Shown here piece after piece: positions 1-9,219 of a stretch of 64,000 bases of DNA; position 1 is the first letter of the stretch, and every line of letters starts with the position of its first letter. The notes below the pieces were generated by a model. It saw nothing but the letters and a program-made list of their open reading frames with translations. It was not told where the DNA came from and searched no databases. The stretch is from an uncultured delta proteobacterium. Lineage in GTDB: Bacteria > Desulfobacterota > WTBG01. Made by a program: the position numbers and the translations under genes. The stretch lies in the NCBI GenBank assembly GCA_963793865.1, contig CAWCBP010000006.1, positions 1 through 64,000 on the forward strand, written 5' to 3'.

Positions 1-90
1 TACTCATCGCATTTCGCTTTCAAAAAAGGTTATAAGTTTAATGAGTATTATTAGTATTGTTGCAAAAAATAACAGTAAATGTAAGTGCAC

Positions 91-917
91 TTAAGCTCTT
101 ACGATTTTCAGCATGGCAGCATGTACAGGACATAATTCATAGGGTGCATTCAATTGGGCATGGAGCAGTTCATGCTGCCAGTGGGCATTATAAAGACGGC
201 AGTTCGGATCTGAACAGAAGGGATCACCACCCAGGCAGTAAAATACGGCCTGCATGAAATATCCCTTCATGACCTCTGTCAGCCTTGGATCATCATGGAT
301 CAGAAACGCACCCTGAAAATAATCTTCCAGCGTCTCATAGAGAAAGTCCATGTACCAGGGATTGATAATACGTCCTTGATTTAGCCGGTGCTTCAACAAG
401 ACCGGTTGTCGATATTATGCTGGGGATACCGTATATGCTCGTCCTCGCGTGATACCGCAGGTCACCTGTATCCCACGTGCCGAAAAGCTGGTTGGTTACT
501 GCAAGATGGAGCACATGCATCCCCATGTCTTCCGGCGGCAACAACTCATTGTATATTTCAAGGAACTTTTCAGCATCATACAGAATGCCCCATGGCTGCC
601 TTGCGGTGTTTAGCAATCGTCTTTTTTCATACTCAATTTCTCCAGGAAGCGGTGGGGTCATCCTTTTCCGCTGCCGGGGATCAACAACCTTTATCCCTGC
701 GAATGTTTCGGCGAATTGTTCTTACCAGATTGCCTTCAGCGTCATGCGCATCTACCGGAACATGACAATGGATAAACTCCTCATGGAGGTGCACCGCCAC
801 TCCAGGAATAACCGGTTGCAGATACGCAACAAGTTCCGGGAGGTTGAGACTCTTGCTAAAACATCCATTATAGATGTGTATCGATTTCAGGATTGGGATT
901 TCAGGCTGATCTACCAT
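91..917 (-). CDS. Putative metallopeptidase-like protein (DUF6775-like), split by about 2 frameshifts
   Basis: ORFs 681-917, 335-661 and 91-399 join into one protein with 'GEIEYEKRRL', 'WDTGDLRYHAR', 'GLVEAPAK' and a Cys/His-rich tail 'DPFCSDPNCRLYNAHWQ..LCPVH'. Directly downstream of thi4. Family name recalled from motifs. Confidence 0.55.
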
Positions 918-923
918 AGTTTA

Positions 924-1714
924 TCAAGATAGCTTCTCCAACACAATCTCAGCACCGCGCTTGCCGGAAAGCAGCATTGCCCCAAACGTTGGTCCCATTC
1001 GGGGGAGTCCATAGGTTGTTGAAACAGCCATCCCAATGACAACCAGACCAGGCAGAACTTCTCCGGTATGCTCCACAATGAGATCTTCTGACCGCTCAAC
1101 CCACATGGCTCCGGTACCGATGGTTTTAACCAGACCTCTCTCCTCCAATTTTTTGACCACGGCAGCATCATGACCCGTGGAATCAATCACCATCTTTGCC
1201 TCAAGTGCCACCGGATCGACGCAGGTAATCTGACGGGGTAAGGCGCTTACTGGAGTCCAGTTTACCACCACACCGCATACCCGGTTACCCTCACGCAGCA
1301 CGATGTCTTCAAGTACGGTCATGTTGGCAAATTTTACTCCCGCATCACAGGCAGCTGCGATGAGCTTGGAACAGGCATGGGGGCCATCCGCTACAAACAA
1401 CCCGGGCTGCACTTCCTTGAAGGGGATGGAAAGCTCTTGCAGTACTTTTTCCCCGGGAGCCCGCACCGTCACTTTATTCATAAGGTAGCCGCCGATCCAG
1501 AAACCCCCACCCAGATAATTATTGCGCTCCACTATCAATGTCTTAACACCTTTGCTGGCTAATTCCATGCCGGCCATGAGGCCGCTTGGCCCAGCCCCTA
1601 TAATTATACAGTCACTTTCCACATACTCATTAAACTGCGTAAGAAATTCACTGACAATTGCCCTGGTTACTTCTTTTTCTCCGATTGGCGCAAAGATATC
1701 TTTTTTTCGTTCAT
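924..1714 (-). CDS. thi4: Thi4-family thiazole (ADP-thiazole) synthase, Cys-type
   Basis: GAGPSG nucleotide-binding motif, 'GGGFWIGG', 'ITCVDP', '[14 protein letters not shown]'. Probable true ATG at 1714 (RBS AGGAGG upstream), offset by a 1-bp loss in the T7 run at 1701-1707. Confidence 0.9.
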
Positions 1715-1908
1715 GATTCTGATTCCTCCTGACAGTTAAATATTATTGTTGAGTCTGATAGAAATGATGGTCGTTCGCACGTCGTTAAATCATAAGGGTA
1801 TTGATACTATTACTCTTGTCTCTATTCAAATCACAACCAACAATCATCGTAATTGGTTTGCTTATATTTCTGCTTAAACATAAAAACATCTCCCCAACTA
1901 TTATTGGG

Positions 1909-2790
1909 CTATTTGAATATTTCGTAGAGGCTACCGGCCTTTGCGACGGCGGCGGGAGATGTGCCTGCCGGAGCGGGTAATGCCGGCGGGAAGCGAGTTC
2001 GTTCATGCTCTCCTGACCGGAAGCCCTCGAGGTCAAGTGTGATATAAGAAAATCCCAGCTGCCTGAGCTTTGCGTTTATTCCCTCCCTCAGCGTGCGGTC
2101 GCGGAACCGCTCCATGTCATGCAGCTCCACCTCAATGCGGGCAATAGGGCCATGATGCCTTATCCGGCATTGTCTGAAGGAAAGGCTGTGCAGATACGAT
2201 TAGCCTCATCCACCATGCGCAGCTTTTTTTCATTGATGGTCTGGCCGTAGGGGAACCGCGATGCAAGGCAGGCAAACGAAGGCTTGTCAAAGGTCGGCAG
2301 GCTGAGCTTTCTGGACAGGCTTCTGATCTCCTGCTTGCCCAGTCCAACCTCGCGGAAAGGGCTCCTGATCCCCAGTTCGTTTAAGGCCTTGAGCCCGGCC
2401 GGAAATCACTTTCGTCATCCTTATTCGAGGCCTCAATAACCTGCGGGTGGCCCTTCTGCTTGCCGAACGCCTTGAGCCGCGTGAAGAGCTCCTTCTTGCA
2501 GAAATAGCAGCGGTCGGGGGGATTGCTGGTGAACAGCGGGTTATCGAGCTCTTTGGTTTTGATCAGGAAGTGTCTCACCCCAAGATCTCTGGCTAAGTTC
2601 CGTGCTGCCGCTTCCTCGCTCCGGGGATAGGTGGGAGAGAGGGCGGTAACCGCAATAACCTCGCCGTTTAAAACGTCCTTTGCTATTTTGAGCAGCAGCG
2701 TGCTGTCAACCCCTCCGGAAAAGGCTACCAGGACGCGGCCCATCTCCTTCAGCAGACGCTCCAACTTGTTTCTTTTTGTTTCCACGCTCA
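1909..2790 (-). CDS. larE: LarE-family ATP-dependent sulfur transferase (PP-loop), frameshifted; 3' end approximate
   Basis: 'AFSGGVDST' PP-loop, 'NPPDRCYFCK', 'DDESDFRPG', 'KPSFACLASRFPYG', 'YITLDLEGFRSG' spread over 3-4 frames. Confidence 0.85.
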
Positions 2791-3204
2791 TTAACCGTAT
2801 GCTGATTAGATTGAAATAAGATAAATTTCTGGGACAATAATTAGATACATTACCCATGGTATAATATTTATCGCAATGATGATCTAGGTATCAGAAAATA
2901 ATCTAAATCAATATTATAATTAACTAATATTATCAAGCATAATTTTAATTTAATTGTATTATTAACGATTTAATTAATAAGTAATAAAAATAACATTCTC
3001 TTGACAATTTAAGTAAATTATTGGTAATCATTGACAAATAGTGCGCACATGCAAATCATGAGATGAGCACTTAATAGAATTACTATTTATAAGCACGATG
3101 AACCATTAATTTCGTTTAAAGTGAAAATCAAATGAACTTCAATCTGTTTCAATATATCAGGATAATAAGTAGAGACTATTATACAGAAGGGATCGCAATC
3201 AGAA

Positions 3205-3660
3205 ATGAGATTGACAACGAAGGTCAGATATGGAGTTCGCGCAATTTTTGATATTGCCTATCAATCTTCCGGATTACCTGTAGCCGTAAAAGATATTTCT
3301 AAGAGACAGGCAATTCCACAGAGATATCTTGAGCAAATACTCCATAAACTGAAAAAGACCCGCATTATCAAAAGCGTGAGGGGACCACGCGGTGGGTATG
3401 TATTAGCTAAAGACGCTGAAAAAATCACGGTGAGAAATATAATTGAAGCAGTGCATGAACCTATTAACCCCGTTTTTTGTGTTGATGATGAAACAAAGTG
3501 TAGCAGAGCTGAACAGTGTGTTACAAGACAAGTATGGAAAAGGGCGGGAGAAATATTACAAGAATTTTTTAATTCTAAAACTATTGGTGATCTGTGCGAA
3601 AAAGCGAAAGCTAAAGGTTTAAAAAAAGATATAGATCATCCATTTGATTACAACATATAG
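3205..3660 (+). CDS. Rrf2-family transcriptional regulator, IscR/CymR-like, with three Cys
   Basis: 'MRLTTKVRYGVRAI', 'YLEQILHKL', 'SVRGPRGGY', 'FCVDDETKCSRAEQC'. Confidence 0.9.
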   Translation: MRLTTKVRYGVRAIFDIAYQSSGLPVAVKDISKRQAIPQRYLEQILHKLKKTRIIKSVRGPRGGYVLAKDAEKITVRNIIEAVHEPINPVFCVDDETKCSRAEQCVTRQVWKRAGEILQEFFNSKTIGDLCEKAKAKGLKKDIDHPFDYNI

Positions 3661-3872
3661 GAGATGTATGCGTTTTTTTAATAGAGCAATTCAACACCAA
3701 CGATTATTTTTGCATGAAAAATATCGGAAATGATGATGGGCACCTGATTGAATAATTGTGTATCGCAAACAAACTAACTAATCACTATTATCGATGTGAT
3801 TGAATGCCATTATTCTCGAAGATGCGAGATGGTGTTCATCAATCAGTCATCATAATATTGGAGAGGTAATAA

Positions 3873-4876
3873 ATGATTAAAGCAATTGCACTATTGTCTG
3901 GAGGTCTTGACAGCACACTTGCAATTAAAATGATTCTTGAGCAAGGGGTGGAGGTTGCAGCAATCAATTTTATAACACCTTTTTGCACCTGCACACCTAA
4001 AGGTAACGGTTGTCACATTAGCAAGAAGGTAGCTGATAACCTTGGCATACAACTACACATTGAAAATATTGCTCGAGACTATCTTAATATTATTAAGCAT
4101 CCTCGCTATGGGTACGGCAAAAATTTAAATCCCTGTATGGATTGCCGTATTTTTATGTTTAAAAAAGCGGCGGAGTTTATGAACAAGAGTGGCGCTTCAT
4201 TTATCATAACCGGTGAAGTTTTAGGCGAGAGACCTATGTCACAAAGAAAAGATGCTATGCATATCATAGAACGAGATGCCGGGTTAAAAGGATTAATTGT
4301 GCGACCTCTCTCAGCAAAGCTTTTGCCTTTAACTATTCCTGAGAAAGAAGGGTGGATAAACAGAGATAATCTCCTGGATATTCAAGGTGGTCGAGAAAAC
4401 CTCAAATAGGTCTTGCTAAACAATGGGGGATCTATGAGTATGCCTGTCCTGCAGGAGGGTGCCTCTTAACCGATCCCATCTTTGCCGGACGATTACGAGA
4501 CCTGATGAATGAAAAAAGAGATTTTACCCTCAATGATATACACCTCTTAAAGATTGGAAGACATTTTCGCATTTCTGAAACAACAAAGGCAATTGTGTCA
4601 AGAAATGAACAAGAAAATAAGAAATTAACGACCTTTGCTGAAAAAGGAGATTGGGTTATTGAAACAACCAGTTTACCTGGTCCTGTTACTCTTGTGAGGG
4701 GTGATATCAATGAAAGGATCAAACTAAAGGCAGCTTCTCTTACCGCCTCTTATGGAAAAGGAAAAAATTTAGATTCAATCGAAATCAAGATGAGTCATAT
4801 CCCTGAAGGAAAGGAAGAAATATTTGTAGTCAAGCCCTTCAGGCACGAAGAGATAGCAGAATTATTTATTTCTTAG
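3873..4876 (+). CDS. PP-loop tRNA thiouridylase-like protein (ThiI/MnmA-like, DUF814-type C-terminus), frameshift near 4390
   Basis: 'SGGLDS', 'NPCMDCR', 'TGEVLGERPMSQ', continuing in another frame as 'YACPAGGCLLTD' and 'GRHFR'. Confidence 0.75.
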
Positions 4877-4966
4877 AGCTGCTTTTCCCAGCGTTGGATT
4901 TTGGGTCTATAGAGATTGCGTTTTCGCATCAATTCGTCTGTCATCTAAAATGGGGAGGTTGTTAAA

Positions 4967-5735
4967 ATGGTAACCATAAAAAATTGTTGCTACCTTATGG
5001 TTGTGTTATGTTTTCTATCTGCATCATCTTCATTACATTATTCGTTAGCCGAGGAAACGTCGAAAGAGACCATTTCAGACGAACAAAACGGTAAAGGCAA
5101 TCATGAGAAAGCTTCTGCACAAAATTACCCTCAAATAAGTCTTGAATCTGCTCAATACGATGCAGGAGAGGTTTACGAAGGAGATGTTATCGCACATGAC
5201 TTTATTGTTAAAAACACGGGAACGGCGCAGCTTGACATTAGTGATGTGAAGCCGGGTGAGGCTGTACCGTGGCTGATTTTGATAAGGCCATTCCTCCTGG
5301 TCAGGAGGGTAGAATAACTCTAAAGGTCGACACAAAAAATAAAAAGGGCAGATTGAAGCAGATTGCGACTATCTTTTCAAACGATCCCCAAAACCCCATA
5401 ACCAAAGTTTCCACGATTGTTTCTATCAAACAATATTTTGATTTTGAACCAAGTAACCGGGTGCTTCTGCAAGGTTACTATGGCGACACTATTACGAAGA
5501 ACGTAACCATAACTTCGCATGCAGATCAGGCGGTTACTATCAAGAGCATATCTTCTGACATTGATAGCAAAATAGAATATAAGCTGAACACTATAAAGGA
5601 GGGGAAGGAATTTGGTTTGAAAATTAAAACCCGATCAGGTCTCCAGGATGTTTTTCGAGGGAAGATAATACTGAAGACAACAGCAAGAAGAAACCAACAC
5701 TCGAACTTATTGTAATGAGTAGGATAGAAAAATAA
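4967..5735 (+). CDS. Secreted DUF1573 (Ig-like) domain protein, probable selenoprotein (PG-U-GC)
   Basis: Signal peptide; 'HDFIVKNTGTAQLDISDVKPG', then TGA-GGC-TGT-ACC (U-G-C-T) at 5257-5268 in frame with 'DKAIPPGQEGRITL'. Two indels, near 5254 and 5680. Confidence 0.7.
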
Positions 5736-5867
5736 ATACAGCCAGCCCCGAAACATTTTCATTTTGGCTTATTGACAAGAAAATGCACAGTTCAGATTCA
5801 AGGGGTTGCGGAAGAACGGTAATTATCATTGAAATAAGAGGAGCATTGGCTTTAAGAGGGAGACAAA

Positions 5868-6599
5868 ATGAACAAGAACAGCGTAGCACACATGTTTTTC
5901 ATATTTTTCTTGGTTTTTGGGAGGCTTACTGCTCTTGCCTGGGGGCATATCGATGTAACAGTTGAGCAGGCAAAGCAGATGATCGATACCAATGGCGAGC
6001 TGGTAGTAATCGATGTCAGGGAGACGAGTGAATATTGTAGTTCAACAGGTCATATTCCCGGGGCAGTCAATTATCCGTGGTTGTCTGGTGTGCTGGAGGC
6101 ACGCTACACAGAACTGCCTTCTGATTCAGAAATTCTTATTGTCTGCCATACCGGCGCCCGCAGTAATTCAGCGGCAAACTTTCTTGATTCCCAGCGTTTT
6201 CTTCACGTCAATGATATGCTAGGCGGGATGCCAGCCTGGGAGTGGGTGACCGTGGGATGTGTTGATTCCGATCATGACGACATCAATGATGACCTGGATA
6301 ATTGCCCCGGTCAACGAAATCCCGATCAGAACGATGCAGATGGGGATGGAATAGGAGATGTGTGTGAAGGTAATGCTAATTGTCCTGTAGTAACTGTCTA
6401 CGGTAATCATTCGTTCGAAGCCAAGCTTCTCAGAAACTACCGGGATATCATCTTAAGCACCACTCCGGAAGGTCGTGAACTAATAAAACTCTATTATCAA
6501 TGGAGTCCTGTTATAGTTGGAGCAATGGAAGGAGATGAGGAGTTTAAGGAAGAATTTAAGGCAATGATTAATGCTGTTTTACCGATGATTAAAAACTGA
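5868..6599 (+). CDS. Secreted rhodanese-domain protein with TSP3-like Ca-binding repeats and a CFI-box-CTERM-like tail
   Basis: Signal peptide; 'IDVRE..EY..GHIPGA'; active-site loop 'CHTGARS'; 'DNCP..NPDQNDADGDGIGDVC'; C-terminal 'LLRNYRD..LSTTPEGRELIKLYYQWSP'. Confidence 0.8.
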   Translation: MNKNSVAHMFFIFFLVFGRLTALAWGHIDVTVEQAKQMIDTNGELVVIDVRETSEYCSSTGHIPGAVNYPWLSGVLEARYTELPSDSEILIVCHTGARSNSAANFLDSQRFLHVNDMLGGMPAWEWVTVGCVDSDHDDINDDLDNCPGQRNPDQNDADGDGIGDVCEGNANCPVVTVYGNHSFEAKLLRNYRDIILSTTPEGRELIKLYYQWSPVIVGAMEGDEEFKEEFKAMINAVLPMIKN

Positions 6600-6763
6600 T
6601 TAAGTAAAATTAACCCTTTGCTCAACGGTACCTCAGCATCGCGCAGTTTTTCAATAATCTGTTCCGGTGTATAGTGCTTCATTGGCATATCATTCCCCTT
6701 TCACAGCTATATCCTACCACATACTAACATAAAACTTGGACCAGTTTTTAGGGGGGCAGGGCA
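6600..6763 (-). mobile_element. IS3-family remnant: left inverted repeat and truncated OrfA
   Basis: Minus strand begins TGCCCTGCCCCCCTAAAAACTGGTCCAAG at 6763, an IS3-like TG end, followed by 'MPMKHYTPEQIIEKLRDAEVPLSKG'; similarity then stops. Confidence 0.75.
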
Positions 6764-6860
6764 GGGTATTGTTCCCCTCAAAGACCAATCTCTCCTTTAC
6801 CCCCACGTCCTTTGAATGGCAAATATAAAAAAAGTGGTCACAAAATGGTCACAAATAAAA

Positions 6861-6890
6861 AGGTCAGCCGATGTTAAGATCGGCTAACCT
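6861..6890 (-). terminator. Hairpin downstream of tRNA-Arg, likely terminator
   Basis: AGGTCAGCCGAT-GTTAAG-ATCGGCTAACCT imperfect inverted repeat; a T-run follows on the minus strand. Confidence 0.55.
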
Positions 6891-6901
6891 ATTGTTTTTA
6901 C

Positions 6902-6978
6902 TGGTGGGCGATGCAGGATTCGAACCTGCGACCTTTGGTTCCGGAGACCAACGCTCTATCCAACTGAGCTAATCGCCC
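6902..6978 (-). tRNA. tRNA-Arg(CCG)
   Basis: GGGCGAT/ATCGCCC acceptor stem, D-arm TAGCTCAGTTGGATAGAGC, anticodon arm TTGGT-CTCCGGA-ACCAA, GTTCGAAT T-loop, encoded CCA. Confidence 0.97.
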
Positions 6979-7198
6979 ACTTATTTTAATTGTACTTACT
7001 TATATATCTTTTATTCCCCGGTTTCAAGCCCTTTTTCATCCAATCGAGCCGATCAACCTGCCTGTCTATCCCTTGGCCTTTTCCCCAGCGTCACGCGGAA
7101 CAAGGGACAAAAAGAATTTGAGCAAATGCTAAAGTATTTCAGCCGGTTGACGATGAAGAACATATGCGCCAGTTATGCCCGGAGGAGGTTTGCCCGTA

Positions 7199-7546
7199 AT
7201 GAGCGAGTATTTCAGCGGTGATAAAAAGATATTGGACAACATAGGCAGCGTTCCTGATCGCAGAGGGGGGAGCAGGAGGCTGCATCAGCGGTTTCATGTA
7301 AACATTGATACCATATTGGAATGCGGGAACATATTGTACAAAGGCACTATTGTGGACATCAGCAAGAAAGGATGCCGCGTTGTTTCCGCCAACCCGATTC
7401 GCACGGCAACCAATCTGGTCACCCTCAAGTACATATTCCCCGGGGAGCTGGACACCAGAATTGTCCGGGGAAAGATTAAGTGGACCGACCACAAGGAGAA
7501 CAGCGTCCTCATCGGCATTGAGTTTGAGAGGCTGCAAAATTTCTAG
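7199..7546 (+). CDS. PilZ-domain (c-di-GMP-binding) protein
   Basis: RxxxR ('RRLHQR') and DxSxxG ('DISKKG') motifs; 'IGIEF' terminal strand. Confidence 0.8.
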   Translation: MSEYFSGDKKILDNIGSVPDRRGGSRRLHQRFHVNIDTILECGNILYKGTIVDISKKGCRVVSANPIRTATNLVTLKYIFPGELDTRIVRGKIKWTDHKENSVLIGIEFERLQNF

Positions 7547-7713
7547 GCCTGCAACCGGCCCAGGTGCGGGCATCTGCTGTTCGCCTTCCCCGGGTATCTC
7601 CCGCAGCATTTCCAATCGTATCCCTATCACAGAGTAACAATCGCCGCATCCTTTTTAATAAAGCCCTTCTGATCACAGCCCCATAAAGGGCATCCCTCAA
7701 TAACAAAAAATGC

Positions 7714-7773
7714 TTGACAGCCCCCGTACGCTGGTGTAGATGTTTCACTAGTGAAATATTCAGCGCTGAAATA
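7714..7773 (+). promoter_or_regulatory. Sigma70-type promoter with two tandem palindromic operators, probably MarR sites
   Basis: TTGACA at 7714-7719, weak -10 near 7737, perfect palindromes TTTCACTAGTGAAA (7743-7756) and TTCAGCGCTGAA (7759-7770). Confidence 0.7.
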
Positions 7774-7814
7774 CAAACCGGAACCATCCGCACATTCCGG
7801 GAGGGGGCAGGGGC

Positions 7815-8303
7815 ATGGAAAGAAAGGACATCATCAATGAGCTCGTCGCCATGGAGATGCGCATGGTGGAGGCGCGCAACCTTTTTGCGGATATTGCCGA
7901 CCACATGCAGGCGCGGAGCGTGGGCATACTGGGGTTTCCCGTCACCCGGTCGCAGCTCAAGGCCATGACCGCCCTGGCCGAGGACAGCCTCATCAGCATG
8001 AGCAGCCTGTGCGGCATGGCCAAGGTGAAGATGCCCAGCCTCACCGAAGTGGTGGACCGTTTTGAAAAGCAGGGCATTCTCACCAGGGTCCGGGATGACG
8101 GTGACCGGCGGGTGGTGCGGGTCCGCTTCACCGAAAAAGGGAAAAAGATGCACCGGGCAATGTTAAAGCGGCGGGAAGAGGAGTTGAAGGGGATTTTCGG
8201 ACCACTGAACAAAAATGAGCGCGCCGCCCTGGTGAAGGCGCTTGCAACTGTCACCACACTTTTAAACAAGATCCTTACCGGTACCGCGAATCAGGGGAGA
8301 TAA
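7815..8303 (+). CDS. MarR-family transcriptional regulator
   Basis: 'SLTEVVDRFEKQGILTR..DGDRRVVRVRFTEKG' winged-helix signature. Confidence 0.92.
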   Translation: MERKDIINELVAMEMRMVEARNLFADIADHMQARSVGILGFPVTRSQLKAMTALAEDSLISMSSLCGMAKVKMPSLTEVVDRFEKQGILTRVRDDGDRRVVRVRFTEKGKKMHRAMLKRREEELKGIFGPLNKNERAALVKALATVTTLLNKILTGTANQGR

Positions 8304-8307
8304 GGCC

Positions 8308-9147
8308 ATGCGACAGATTGCGCTTTACGGAAAGGGTGGCATCGGAAAATCAACCGTTGCCTCACATCTTTCATACACCATGGCGGAGCGGGGGCTCAAG
8401 GTGCTGCAGGTGGGCTGCAGCCCCAAGAATGACAGCACCAACCAGCTGCTCAAATCCTTTCCGCCCACCATCCTCGATGTGCTGCGCGCCAGGGAATATG
8501 AGTACGAGGAAGTGGAGCTGGACGAGATCATTACCAGGTCCCCGCTTACCTTTGGCGGGACGGGCGGCATATACTGCGCCGAGAGCGGCGGCCCGGAACC
8601 GGGTGTGGGGTGCGGGGGCAAGGGCGTGGTTGAGGCCATTGAGACGCTTACCCGCCTGAATGTCTTCCAGGCACTCTCCATTGATGTGGTGATCTACGAC
8701 ATCCTGGGGGACGTGGTCTGCGGCGGCTTTTCCCTGCCCATACGCAAAGGATACGCGCAGGAGACCTACGTCATCACCAGCGGTGAGCTGGAGGCGCTCT
8801 ATCAGGTCACCAATGTTTCAAAGGCCATACGCAGGTTTGACAAGCGCGCCGGCTCAAAGCTGGGCGGTCTGATTGTGAACCTGAGAAGGATGAAAAAGGA
8901 GCTGGACATCGTGACTGACTTTGCCCGGCTGGTCGGTTCGAGGATAGCGGGAATCGTTCCCTACAGCCAGACGGTCAAGGAGTGCGGAGGGCAGGGCATG
9001 ACCGTTTTTGAGTGCGCGCCTGAATCAGAGGAGGCCGGAATCTACCGGCGCCTCGGCGAGGACGTCTTCAACAACACCCACATGGTTGTTCCGAATGCCA
9101 TCAGCTTCAAAGAGCTGTACAGCTGGTGGCTCACGTACATTAATTAA
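8308..9147 (+). CDS. Nitrogenase Fe-protein-like reductase 1 (NifH/BchL/BchX family)
   Basis: 'YGKGGIGKST', 'ESGGPEPGVGCGGKG', 'DILGDVVCGGF'; switch I is atypical ('GCSPKNDST'). Confidence 0.93.
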   Translation: MRQIALYGKGGIGKSTVASHLSYTMAERGLKVLQVGCSPKNDSTNQLLKSFPPTILDVLRAREYEYEEVELDEIITRSPLTFGGTGGIYCAESGGPEPGVGCGGKGVVEAIETLTRLNVFQALSIDVVIYDILGDVVCGGFSLPIRKGYAQETYVITSGELEALYQVTNVSKAIRRFDKRAGSKLGGLIVNLRRMKKELDIVTDFARLVGSRIAGIVPYSQTVKECGGQGMTVFECAPESEEAGIYRRLGEDVFNNTHMVVPNAISFKELYSWWLTYIN

Positions 9148-9219
9148 GGAGATGATGCGGCGGTTCCATCAGCAATGGGGCCGCCCGGTGAAAGATCCCT
9201 ACAGTTCCGGAGGCAGGCA

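Noticed and set aside
1715..1908. TPP riboswitch upstream of thi4
   Set aside because: I could not find the CTGAGA and downstream conserved TPP-aptamer motifs on the minus strand.
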